61,816 bases of DNA from Rickettsiales bacterium (lineage in GTDB: Bacteria; Pseudomonadota; Alphaproteobacteria; Rickettsiales; UBA8987), in assembly GCA_033762595.1 (NCBI GenBank), contig JANRLM010000049.1, positions 1 through 61,816 on the forward strand, in the 5' to 3' direction. Numbering within the stretch: position 1 is the first letter of the stretch; each line of letters begins with the position of its first letter. Both the position numbers and the translations under genes were made by a program. The notes below the pieces were generated by a model. It was not told the DNA's origin. It saw only the letters and a list, made by a program, of their open reading frames with translations, and made no database searches. Shown in pieces: positions 47,124 to 55,805 of this stretch.

Positions 47124-48017
47124 TTAATTACCTTTTAATAACTCGTTGAAATCATTGGCATTTTCTGGCTTTACAACATTCACAGAGTAGCTTTGAGCAA
47201 CCAATCTAGTTGCTAGTTTCTCTGAGGCTTTTTGACCTGCTTCATCATTATCGGTTGCAATAATAATGCTGGAAACTTGAGTTATTGGCGGAGGTGAAAA
47301 ACTTTCAAAATTTGAGGCTGAAAGCAAAGCCCAAACTGGATAATTGACAGCTTCTAAAATTGATAAACCTGTTTCAATACCTTCGCACACTATTAAAGGT
47401 GCAAACAAAGCTCCACTAAGCCTAACAGCTCCTCCTGAAATGTTGCCAAGCATCATCTTGTTGGGCGTAATATCCGCTTTATTATTGGTGATTTCGTCTA
47501 AGTATGTTCGGTGCAAGCCAATTACTTCACCATCTATATTTTGAACAGCTGCTAACATTGCAGGATAGCTTTTCTGAGTTGCAGAGTGCCATAAATTGGG
47601 GTGGTATTTTAACGATGCAGGAAGCTCAGATTTTTCTACACCTCTATGTTTACGCAAATAAATTTCAACAGGTGTATTTTCTAGGTTAGAAGTTGCTTCA
47701 CTTAGAATGTTTTGGATATAGCTTTTCTTTTTATAATCTAATACTTTAGGATTTTTAGTATCTTTAGGGTTGCCTAAATTATAAACTTTACTAACATAAT
47801 TATTGTTGGTTTCAAAAATTACACCTAGCGAAGCTAACTTTTGCTTTATGTCGCTGTAACTGCAACCAGCAAAACACTTAGCACCAAGCTTGCCGCTCTT
47901 GGTTTCATAAAGATATAAACTAGGGTTTGCGTCTTTATGTGATGGGCAGCAACAAATATAGCCATTTCCAGATTTTTTGGCATTTAATGCTAACGCTATT
48001 TTATGGAGATTAAGCAT
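47124..48017 (-). CDS. zinc-binding plus Toprim-domain primase-like protein (P4 alpha N-terminal type)
   Basis: It has YICCCPSHKDANPSLYLYE...AKCFAGCS (a CHC2-like zinc ribbon) and a C-terminal Toprim region (IVCEGIETGLS...ATDNDEAGQKA). The start was trimmed to MLNLHKIA to limit the overlap with alpA. Confidence 0.7.
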   Translation of the reverse strand: MLNLHKIALALNAKKSGNGYICCCPSHKDANPSLYLYETKSGKLGAKCFAGCSYSDIKQKLASLGVIFETNNNYVSKVYNLGNPKDTKNPKVLDYKKKSYIQNILSEATSNLENTPVEIYLRKHRGVEKSELPASLKYHPNLWHSATQKSYPAMLAAVQNIDGEVIGLHRTYLDEITNNKADITPNKMMLGNISGGAVRLSGALFAPLIVCEGIETGLSILEAVNYPVWALLSASNFESFSPPPITQVSSIIIATDNDEAGQKASEKLATRLVAQSYSVNVVKPENANDFNELLKGN

Positions 48018-48225
48018 TATTATCTCCATTTTCTGTATTAATAGGGCGGGAAGCATCTATTTTTTGTTGAATATAAGCATCTACTTCCGCCTCTAAAAAT
48101 CCAATGGCTCTAATTCCCAGCTTGACTGGTTTTAGCTCCCCTTCTTTTATTAATTGGTATATTTTGGTTTTTTTGAAACCAATTTTATTCATCAATTGCG
48201 GCAATCTAATGATTCTCTTTTCCAT
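48010..48225 (-). CDS. alpA: AlpA-family transcriptional regulator / excisionase-like HTH protein
   Basis: 71 aa. RIIRLPQLMNKIGFKKTKIYQLIKEGELKPVKLGIRAIGFLEAEVDAYI is the AlpA/Vis pattern. Confidence 0.8.
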   Translation of the reverse strand: MEKRIIRLPQLMNKIGFKKTKIYQLIKEGELKPVKLGIRAIGFLEAEVDAYIQQKIDASRPINTENGDNNA

Positions 48226-48311
48226 ACACTCTCATTGAGGTTTATGGAGTAAATTGAATGAGTTACACAAATATACAATTTAACAAACTGCCCCCAGAAA
48301 GATGGGGACGG

Positions 48312-49205
48312 CTATTTATTGATGTAGCTATTTAATATATTGAGGAAGTCTTTAGATTTAATAAACAATTTTTCTGAGTTATCACTTTCAAATAGTATTT
48401 TTTGGAAATTATAATTATTGTTAACTATTATTGGCAGTTCTGTCTCATCATATAAAGTTACACTACTATTTTTGGATTTGGGTATTTCAATTAAATCTTT
48501 TCTGCAAGATTCTACAAAATTATACAGATACAATCCATAATTATCTGGAAGATTAGAATGCTTTGAAAACTCCGAATGAATTAATGCATATATAATATGA
48601 GTATATTTCTTATAAGTTTTTAGAGCATTTTCAATATCCTCTTTTCTCTTATAGCAGTAGCTATCTTCAAAAAATGGATTTTGCAAATTTATCATTAAAT
48701 GAATTATTAAATTTTTGCTTAGAGACTTTTCTCTTGTGGAAGCCATTTTATCTAAAGAAGAAAAAACTTGATTTTCCTCTCGTTTTAAGAGCAAAAGATA
48801 ATAAACAAATAAAAAAACTGTATTTACTTTTTTTGCAGTAGCTCTCTTATTCCCTTCAATATATGAAACGGTGATAGTTTCGTATGTATCAATTTCAGAT
48901 AAATGATCAGAGATATTATTTTTGAAATCTTGTCCCAAAAACTCAAATAATTTTAAATAAGCAACTTCAGAAGCGAATTTAAGCCATATTTCATTTTTAA
49001 ATTCACTTTTTATAACTTTACATAGAAAGCTATTATCCGATTTTTTAAAATCTCTGTAGAACCTGCATAAGCATAGCTTTTTTGCTTTATCAACATCGCC
49101 ATCAAAAATAATTAATCCTGAGAGAAATTCACGCAATATCTCATAACTAAGAGTATTTCCAAAGTCTAAGCCAGTAATATCAATAGTGTTTACTTCTTTT
49201 GACAA
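48312..49205 (-). CDS. hypothetical protein, integrase-adjacent cargo
   Basis: 297-aa ORF whose stop lies 1 nt before... strictly, the integrase stop at 49207 lies 1 nt upstream of this ORF's start at 49205. No recognisable motif or TM segment. Very AT-rich. Confidence 0.45.
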   Translation of the reverse strand: MSKEVNTIDITGLDFGNTLSYEILREFLSGLIIFDGDVDKAKKLCLCRFYRDFKKSDNSFLCKVIKSEFKNEIWLKFASEVAYLKLFEFLGQDFKNNISDHLSEIDTYETITVSYIEGNKRATAKKVNTVFLFVYYLLLLKREENQVFSSLDKMASTREKSLSKNLIIHLMINLQNPFFEDSYCYKRKEDIENALKTYKKYTHIIYALIHSEFSKHSNLPDNYGLYLYNFVESCRKDLIEIPKSKNSSVTLYDETELPIIVNNNYNFQKILFESDNSEKLFIKSKDFLNILNSYINK

Positions 49206-49206
49206 A

Positions 49207-50382
49207 TTACCCTCCTAATTTCTCTATAAACTCACCCCACCAATCCATCATTTCACGGCGTTCTTTTAAATATTGGGCGTGGTTGTAACTAGCTCTAACT
49301 TTGTTGCGTTCGCCGTGTGCAAGTTGGCGTTCAATCACATCATACTTAAAGCCGTGTTCATTTAAAATGGTGCTGGCAGTGGCTCTGAATCCGTGTCCTG
49401 TTGCCCTGCTGTGATAACCCATTCTATATAAAGCGTAAAGAATAGTGTTATTGCTCATTGTTTTATGAGGTGAATTTTGAGAAGGGAATAAAAAAGGGCG
49501 TAAGCCAGTTATGTTTTTTAGCTCATTCAATAGATTTAGAACTTGCTCAGATAAAGGAACTATATGTTTTTCCCTCATTTTCATTCTTTCTGGAGGAATA
49601 TGCCATTCTTTTTTGTCAAAATTAAACTCTTCCCATTTTGCATTTATTAGTTCACTGGTTCTAACAAAGGTTAAAATTAATAACTGTATTGCAATTGGAG
49701 TAATTATATCGCCTTTATAATCTTTTAGTTTTTGCATAAACTCTGGTAAATCTTTTTCGGTTAGGTAAGCATGGTGAACTTTCTTTCTGGTCTTTAATGC
49801 CCCTCTTAAATCTGCGGAAATATCTCTTTCAGCTTTACCTATTGAAATAGCGTATCTAAAAATCTGTCCGCAAGTTTGGCAAGCTCTATGAGCGATATCA
49901 ATTGCTCCACGCTCTTCAATTTTTCTAATTAAAGTTAAAAGCTCCTGAGCAGTAATAGAACTAACGGCTTTGTTGCCAATATATGGGAAAACATCTGCAC
50001 CAAGTCTTTTTAGAACATTTTTAGCGTGTTTAGATGTCCAAGTTGGTTTTTGGAGTTCGTGCCATTCATGAGCTATATATTCAAAAGTATTTTCGGGGTT
50101 AGTTTCTGATTTTAGCTTTTGTTCTTTTTTCTGTTCTACTGGGTCAATGTTTTGCTTAATTAGCTTTTTAAGCTTTTGCCTTTCCTCTCTGGCTTCAAGT
50201 AGGGTAATTTCTGGATAAGCTCCAATAGCATAAACCTTTTCTTTACCTGATATTCTATATTTTAATCTCCAATATTTAGAGCCGTTCGGATGAATCAATA
50301 AATATAACCCGCCATCATCTGAAAGCTTATATTGCTTTTCTTGTGGTTTAGCAGATTTAACTTTTATGTCAGTTAGGGGCAT
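49207..50382 (-). CDS. int: P4/CP4-57-type tyrosine integrase
   Basis: The start was trimmed to MPLTDIKVKSAKPQEKQYKLSDDGGLYLLIHPNGSKYWRLKYR (DUF4102-type N-terminus). The C-terminal catalytic region is HGFRATAST...LAHGERNKVRASY. It lies adjacent to the tRNA-Pro 3' end. Confidence 0.9.
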   Translation of the reverse strand: MPLTDIKVKSAKPQEKQYKLSDDGGLYLLIHPNGSKYWRLKYRISGKEKVYAIGAYPEITLLEAREERQKLKKLIKQNIDPVEQKKEQKLKSETNPENTFEYIAHEWHELQKPTWTSKHAKNVLKRLGADVFPYIGNKAVSSITAQELLTLIRKIEERGAIDIAHRACQTCGQIFRYAISIGKAERDISADLRGALKTRKKVHHAYLTEKDLPEFMQKLKDYKGDIITPIAIQLLILTFVRTSELINAKWEEFNFDKKEWHIPPERMKMREKHIVPLSEQVLNLLNELKNITGLRPFLFPSQNSPHKTMSNNTILYALYRMGYHSRATGHGFRATASTILNEHGFKYDVIERQLAHGERNKVRASYNHAQYLKERREMMDWWGEFIEKLGG

Positions 50383-50426
50383 AACAGGGTTAAAAATGGG
50401 GGTATAAATTAAAAGAGCAATTCTTA

Positions 50427-50446
50427 TACCCCCAAATATACCCCCA
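50427..50446 (+). promoter_or_regulatory. candidate integrase arm-type binding sites (int-proximal arm)
   Basis: TACCCCCAAATATACCCCCA, plus an inverted copy TGGGGGTA at 50397-50404. It matches 38602-38621. Confidence 0.45.
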
Positions 50447-50496
50447 TTTGTGCAGAATGTCAATGAACTGAGGTGAACGCCAATAAACAATAGAGC

Positions 50497-50574
50497 GTCG
50501 TAAAAAGGTTGGTTTTGCTAGTGATTATGAACTTTAATGAACTTTGTGGGTTTTATAGATGGTCGGAGCGGAGG
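50497..50574. repeat. tRNA-proximal att-type direct repeat (overlaps the last 15 nt of tRNA-Pro)
   Basis: 78 bp matching 38461-38537. Confidence 0.85.
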
Positions 50575-50636
50575 GATTCGAACCCACGACCCCCAGTACC
50601 CAAAACTGGTGCGCTACCAGGCTGCGCTACGCTCCG
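50560..50636 (-). tRNA. tRNA-Pro (anticodon UGG), CCA encoded
   Basis: The reverse complement is CGGAGCGTAGCGCAGCCTGGTAGCGCACCAGTTTTGGGTACTGGGGGTCGTGGGTTCGAATCCCTCCGCTCCGACCA. The anticodon loop is TTTGGGT. There is one U-U mismatch in the T-stem (50:64), inside the att overlap. Confidence 0.88.
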
Positions 50637-50722
50637 AACTAGAGAAAAGCTAGAATTTTTACATCAAAAACTCAGCCCTTATACATTAGAACTAAATAAT
50701 ATCAACAGCAAAAACTATAAGA

Positions 50723-50798
50723 TGGTGCTACAGATGGGAATCGAACCCACGACCCCTGCATTACCAATGCAGTGCAACTACCCCTGTGCTACTGTAGC
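50723..50798 (-). tRNA. tRNA-Thr (anticodon GGU), CCA encoded
   Basis: The reverse complement is GCTACAGTAGCACAGGGGTAGTTGCACTGCATTGGTAATGCAGGGGTCGTGGGTTCGATTCCCATCTGTAGCACCA. The anticodon loop is TTGGTAA. Confidence 0.88.
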
Positions 50799-50884
50799 GA
50801 AATAAATTTTTGCTTGCGATGTATAATCTATAATTTTTAATATTCAAATGTAAATTGAGATTGGTAATCAGGCATTTGGTTTAG

Positions 50885-50928
50885 CCCTAACCCTAACCCT
50901 AACCCTAACCCTAACCCTAACCCCTAAC
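50885..50928. repeat. telomere-like hexamer microsatellite: (CCCTAA)x6 plus one variant unit
   Basis: Six perfect CCCTAA units at 50885-50920, then CCCCTAAC. It lies in the intergenic region between tRNA-Thr and the rluD stop. Confidence 0.95.
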
Positions 50929-50941
50929 TATCAACCTTTAA

Positions 50942-51928
50942 CTAACGACCATCAACCGAAGAAAGAATCGCCTTGATATCCTTAGGGTAGGGGGCTTGGA
51001 AGGTAAGATTTTCGAGTGTTTCAGGGTGGGTGAAAGAGATTTCGTAGGCGTGCAGAAATTGGCGATTGAGCTTTTCAAATTTCTCCAAAATTTTGGCTGG
51101 AATTGAGCCAATTTTCTTCTGATTTTGATTGCCGCTATAAACTTTATCACCAACAACGGGCATTCCAAGATGTTCCATATGCACACGAATTTGGTGTGTT
51201 CTGCCAGTTTCAAGCGTAACTTCTAGCAAAGAAATTGCCCCATCAAAAAAACTATTTAAGAGTTTATATTTTGTGATTGCAACCTTACCAGATGTCTTAA
51301 AAACGGCTCTCTTTCTGCGGTCAGCTGGGTGTCTGCCGATATTAGTTTGCAAATTTCCTGCGATCATTTTTGGCTTATTCCAAACCAGTGCGTGATAAAT
51401 TCTTTTGGCGGTTCGCTCTTTAATTTGATTAGCAAGTTCCCGATGCGTAAAATCATCTTTTGCAAGAAGTAAAACACCCGTAGTATCACGATCCAAGCGA
51501 TGCACAATGCCAGCTCTTGCCTTGCCATTTACCATAGATAAATTATTTTTATAGCGATGCAGCAAGGCATTCACTAGAGTATCCTTATGGTTTCCAGCCC
51601 CAGGGTGAATTGTAAGGCCTGCTTGTTTGTTGATTACAAGCAAAAATTCATCTTCATATAAAACATCAATTTTTATATTTGGATTTGCCTCAATTTTTTT
51701 ATCAATATTATCATCATTTGGAATTGGGCTTGTCTCGGAAATTTCAATAAAATCGCCAGTTTTTACTTTTTCAGAGATATTATCACAGATTTTTCCATTC
51801 AGCTTTAACTGCGAGTTTTTTATAATTTTTTGAACTAGTGTTCTTGAAATTCTTGGGTTTATAAGGCTAATTGCCTTATCTAGCCTTAATCCGTTGTGAA
51901 TTTCTTCTATGTTAAATTGATTTTGCAT
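50942..51928 (-). CDS. rluD: RluA-family 23S rRNA pseudouridine synthase (RluD-like)
   Basis: 328 aa with an N-terminal S4 domain, the catalytic HRLDRDTTG motif and the GRTHQIRVH motif. Confidence 0.88.
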   Translation of the reverse strand: MQNQFNIEEIHNGLRLDKAISLINPRISRTLVQKIIKNSQLKLNGKICDNISEKVKTGDFIEISETSPIPNDDNIDKKIEANPNIKIDVLYEDEFLLVINKQAGLTIHPGAGNHKDTLVNALLHRYKNNLSMVNGKARAGIVHRLDRDTTGVLLLAKDDFTHRELANQIKERTAKRIYHALVWNKPKMIAGNLQTNIGRHPADRRKRAVFKTSGKVAITKYKLLNSFFDGAISLLEVTLETGRTHQIRVHMEHLGMPVVGDKVYSGNQNQKKIGSIPAKILEKFEKLNRQFLHAYEISFTHPETLENLTFQAPYPKDIKAILSSVDGR

Positions 51929-51987
51929 TTATATTGCTACACTTAAAAATCTAATCTATATAATCATTTCAAAACAAAAAATAAGCG

Positions 51988-54759
51988 ATGTTTTCAAGTT
52001 TATTAAAATCTATTTTTGGCACTTCTAATGAAAGATATTTGAAATCTTTATCAAATATCGTTGAGAAAATAAACTCTTTTGAAGTGGATTTGCAAATTCT
52101 TTCTGATGAGCAACTAGCCAATAAAACCATTTACTTCAAGGAAAAACTAGCCGATGGGCAAACCCTTGATGATATTCTGCCAGAGGCCTTTGCGGTTGTT
52201 CGTGAAACTTCAAAAAGGGTTTTGGGGCAAAGGCATTATGATGTTCAGCTTATCGGTGGCATAGTTTTACATCAAGGAAAAATCGCAGAAATGCGAACTG
52301 GTGAAGGCAAAACCTTAGTTGCAACTCTTGCAACTTATTTGAATGCACTCTCAGGAAAGGGCGTTCACATTGTAACCGTCAATGATTATCTTGCAAAAAG
52401 AGATGCGGAATGGATGGGGAAAATCTATAAATTCCTTCAGCTTTCAGTGGGTGTTATAGTTCACGGCCAAACCGATGATGAGAAAAGGGAAGCCTACGCT
52501 TGCGATATAACTTACGGCACTAATAACGAATATGGCTTTGATTATCTGCGTGATAATATGAAATTTTCTTTAGAGGAAATGACGCAACGCCCCTTTAATT
52601 TCGCCATAGTTGATGAGGTGGATAGTATTTTGATTGATGAAGCTAGAACTCCTCTAATCATCTCAGGGCCTGTGGAAGATAGAAGTGATTTATATCAAAA
52701 AATAAATAAATATATTCCAAAACTTGATGAAAAAGATTTTGAAAAAGATGAAAAAAATCACTCAATAGTTTTAACCGAAGAAGGAAATAATAAATTAGAA
52801 ATTTTATTCCGTGAAGATGGAATTATCAGGGAAGCCTCTACCCTTTATGATGTTGAAAATTTAAGCGTTGTTCATCACGCAAACCAAGCCTTGAAGGCTC
52901 ATAAATTATTCACTCGTGATAAAGATTATTTAGTTAAAGAAGGCAAAATTTTAATCATAGATGAATTTACTGGCAGGGTGCTTGAAGGCAGAAGATATTC
53001 TGATGGTTTGCATCAAGCGATTGAAGCAAAAGAAGGGGTAAAAATTCAAAGCGAAAACCAAACGCTTGCCTCAATAACTTTCCAAAATTATTTCAGGTTA
53101 TATCCAAAACTTAGCGGTATGACAGGCACTGCAAGCACTGAAGCGGCTGAGTTTCAAGATATTTATAATCTTGAAGTGATTGAAATTCCAACCAATAAAG
53201 CCGTTGCAAGAATTGATGATGAAGATCATATTTATCGCACGGAGATTGAAAAATTTGAAGCAATTACAAAATTAATCATTGAGTGTAATCAAAAGAATCA
53301 GCCTGTTTTAGCGGGAACCGCAAGCGTTGAAAAATCAGAGCTTCTTTCAAAGCATCTCAAAAAAGCAGGGATAAAACATTATATTCTAAACGCTAAACAG
53401 CACGAAAAAGAGGCCTATGTTATCGCACAAGCAGGCAGGCCGGGTGCGGTTATGGTTGCAACTAATATGGCGGGTAGAGGAACGGATATTCAGCTTGGTG
53501 GCAATGCGGATTTGCTTATTGAAGAAAAAATTTTGCAGCTAAAACAATCTGGAATTACTGACGCAAAAATTTTTGAAGATGCTGCAAACAAGATAAAATC
53601 TGAAGTTGAGCGAGATAAAGAAATTGTAAAACAAGCTGGCGGGCTTTGTGTAATCGGCACTGAAAGGCACGAAAGCCGCAGGATTGATAATCAGCTTCGC
53701 GGTAGATCAGGCAGGCAAGGCGATAATGGTTATTCAAAATTTTTCCTCTCTGCAGAAGATGATTTAATTAGAATTTTCGGTGCAGATAAAAAAATGGATT
53801 GGGTGCTTGGCAAAATGGGAACACCAGGTGAGCCTATAGAACACCCGCTAATTACCAGAATGATGGAGAAAGCACAAGCAAGGGTGGAAGCCAGAAACTA
53901 TGAGATAAGAAAAAACCTCCTCAAGTTTGATGATGTAATGAATGAGCAACGCAAAGTTATTTATGATCAGCGAATAAATATTATGCGTTCGGAAAATGTT
54001 CGTGAAAAAGTTACTGAAATTATTGATGCAACGCTTGATAAAATTGTCAGCACTTACATACCAAAAAATTCTTATAAAGAGCAATGGCAAATTGACGCCC
54101 TAAAAATTGATGTGAACAAAATTTTTGGCTTAAACCCTAATGTTTCAAGCTGGCTTGATAATGATGAAATTGACGATGAAAAAATCTTTAACCTCATTTT
54201 TGATGAGCTAGAAAATTTTATCAAAAAGCGTGATAATGAATTTTCGCAAGCCTCAATGTATGATCTTGAAAAACGCATTATGCTTTTCAGCCTTGACGAA
54301 GTTTGGAAGGAGCATCTGCACTTTTTAGATATGCTAAGACAGGGGATTAACCTTCGCTCATATGCTCAAAAAGATCCGTTAAACGAATATAAGCAAGAGG
54401 CATTTGAGGCTTTTGGGCTGATGATTGAGAGCTTCAACGAAAAATTTTTAACAAGGCTTTTCCATATTCATATTCAAAATGATGAGGAGATTGCTGAGGA
54501 ATTTAGAAGATTACAAGAGCAGAAAAATCAAAAAATTCACGCAACTCATATTGATCCAAATAGCAAATTTGGTTTTTCTGGATCGCAAATGAACCCTAGT
54601 GAAAATGGTCAAAGGCAGGCTCAAGTTACAATTCGCACGCATATAAAATCAGAGGATAGAAATCCAAATGATCCTAGCACTTGGGGCAAAGTTTCTCGCA
54701 ATGAGCCTTGCCCTTGCGGAAGTGGTCAAAAATACAAAAACTGCCACGGAAAAATTTAG
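51988..54759 (+). CDS. secA: preprotein translocase ATPase SecA
   Basis: 923 aa with MRTGEGKTL (Walker A), DEVDSILIDEARTPLIISG and the C-terminal zinc motif CPCGSGQKYKNCHG. Confidence 0.97.
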   Translation: MFSSLLKSIFGTSNERYLKSLSNIVEKINSFEVDLQILSDEQLANKTIYFKEKLADGQTLDDILPEAFAVVRETSKRVLGQRHYDVQLIGGIVLHQGKIAEMRTGEGKTLVATLATYLNALSGKGVHIVTVNDYLAKRDAEWMGKIYKFLQLSVGVIVHGQTDDEKREAYACDITYGTNNEYGFDYLRDNMKFSLEEMTQRPFNFAIVDEVDSILIDEARTPLIISGPVEDRSDLYQKINKYIPKLDEKDFEKDEKNHSIVLTEEGNNKLEILFREDGIIREASTLYDVENLSVVHHANQALKAHKLFTRDKDYLVKEGKILIIDEFTGRVLEGRRYSDGLHQAIEAKEGVKIQSENQTLASITFQNYFRLYPKLSGMTGTASTEAAEFQDIYNLEVIEIPTNKAVARIDDEDHIYRTEIEKFEAITKLIIECNQKNQPVLAGTASVEKSELLSKHLKKAGIKHYILNAKQHEKEAYVIAQAGRPGAVMVATNMAGRGTDIQLGGNADLLIEEKILQLKQSGITDAKIFEDAANKIKSEVERDKEIVKQAGGLCVIGTERHESRRIDNQLRGRSGRQGDNGYSKFFLSAEDDLIRIFGADKKMDWVLGKMGTPGEPIEHPLITRMMEKAQARVEARNYEIRKNLLKFDDVMNEQRKVIYDQRINIMRSENVREKVTEIIDATLDKIVSTYIPKNSYKEQWQIDALKIDVNKIFGLNPNVSSWLDNDEIDDEKIFNLIFDELENFIKKRDNEFSQASMYDLEKRIMLFSLDEVWKEHLHFLDMLRQGINLRSYAQKDPLNEYKQEAFEAFGLMIESFNEKFLTRLFHIHIQNDEEIAEEFRRLQEQKNQKIHATHIDPNSKFGFSGSQMNPSENGQRQAQVTIRTHIKSEDRNPNDPSTWGKVSRNEPCPCGSGQKYKNCHGKI

Positions 54760-54775
54760 TTTGTGTATTCACTTC

Positions 54776-54900
54776 ATTCCCGCGGAAGCGGGAATTCATA
54801 AAATAGACTAGATACCCGCTTACGCGGGTATGAAATATGAAGTTAAGTGATGACACTAGCTGTTTTACCATTAACCCCGCAACAAGTGCGGGGTGACATT
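54776..54900. repeat. composite of three CCCGC-N4/5-GCGGG hairpins, the last being one terminus of the MITE-like family
   Basis: ATTCCCGC-GGAA-GCGGGAAT (54776-54795), ATACCCGC-TTAC-GCGGGTAT (54812-54831) and TTAACCCCGCAacaagTGCGGGGTGACATT (54871-54900). Confidence 0.7.
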
Positions 54901-54913
54901 CTATTATAAGGCA

Positions 54914-55801
54914 TCAGATTTCATTCAAAACATCAGATAAATAAAGGTGATAATCAGAGGATTTGCTGTAATTGCCGATTAATTCTTCAAACTGATTTTT
55001 AGAAATAAATTTTTTTCTGAATGCAATTTCTTCTAAGCAAGCAATTTTTATACCTTGCCTTTTTTCAATAGTTTGAATGAAATTTGCCGAATCCAAAAGG
55101 GAATCAGGTGTGCCGGCATCAAGCCAAGCAAAGCCTTTACCAACGCTGATTACATTAAGCTCGCCCTTTTCCATATAGGCTTTGTTGACATCAGTAATTT
55201 CAAGCTCCCCCCTTGCGGAGGGCTTGAGATTCTTAGCAATTTCAACAACATTTTTATCATAAAAATATAAACCTGTTACCGCCCAATTTGATTTTGGCTG
55301 CTTAGGTTTTTCCTCAATTGAAATTGCTTTGTTGTTTTTATCAAGTTCAACAACGCCGTATCTTTGTGGGTCGCTAACTCTATATGCCATCACTGAAGCA
55401 CCTTTTTTTATGTTAAGAGCGTTTTGAAAATCTGCACTTATTTCATTTCCTAAAATTTCAGAGCCGTAAAAAATATTATCACCAAGTATCAAGCAAGAGG
55501 AATCACCATTGATAAAATCTTCCGCGATCAAGAAAGCCTGTGCAATTCCTTCAGGTTTTTCCTGAACTTTGTAAGAGAATTTCACACCATATTGAGAACC
55601 ACTACCAAGAAAATTTTCAATGATTGGTAAATCTCTAGGCGTGCTAATAATCAGAATTTCTTTGATGCCAAAATTCATTAATATCGCCAGTGGATAATGA
55701 ATCATTGGCTTATCATAAACCGGCAGAATCTGCTTACTGATTGCGTTTGTCATAGGCTGTAAGCGTGTTCCGCTGCCACCTGCTAAAATTATTCCTTTCA
55801 T
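54914..55801 (-). CDS. rfbA: glucose-1-phosphate thymidylyltransferase
   Basis: 295 aa with MKGIILAGGSGTRL and a full RmlA pattern. Confidence 0.93.
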   Translation of the reverse strand: MKGIILAGGSGTRLQPMTNAISKQILPVYDKPMIHYPLAILMNFGIKEILIISTPRDLPIIENFLGSGSQYGVKFSYKVQEKPEGIAQAFLIAEDFINGDSSCLILGDNIFYGSEILGNEISADFQNALNIKKGASVMAYRVSDPQRYGVVELDKNNKAISIEEKPKQPKSNWAVTGLYFYDKNVVEIAKNLKPSARGELEITDVNKAYMEKGELNVISVGKGFAWLDAGTPDSLLDSANFIQTIEKRQGIKIACLEEIAFRKKFISKNQFEELIGNYSKSSDYHLYLSDVLNEI

Positions 55802-55805
55802 AAAG

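Larger units (their letters stand above)
38461..50574. mobile_element. ~12.1-kb integrative island at tRNA-Pro carrying a type II-C CRISPR-Cas9 module plus an int/alpA/primase/ATPase module
   Basis: It is flanked by 77/78-bp direct repeats overlapping the tRNA-Pro 3' end. A P4-type integrase is adjacent to the tRNA. Shared TACCCCCA arm-type motifs lie just inside both ends, and an integrase remnant lies in the middle. Confidence 0.8.

Noticed and set aside
50509-50805. 98-aa plus-strand ORF
   Set aside because: It spans the att repeat and runs antisense through tRNA-Pro and tRNA-Thr, so it is an artefact of ORF calling.
50885-50928. The telomere repeat as evidence of eukaryotic host contamination or chimeric assembly
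   Set aside because: The tract is only 44 bp and is embedded between a bacterial tRNA and the stop codon of rluD, with continuous bacterial sequence on both sides. It is kept as a curiosity rather than an artefact, pending read-level confirmation.
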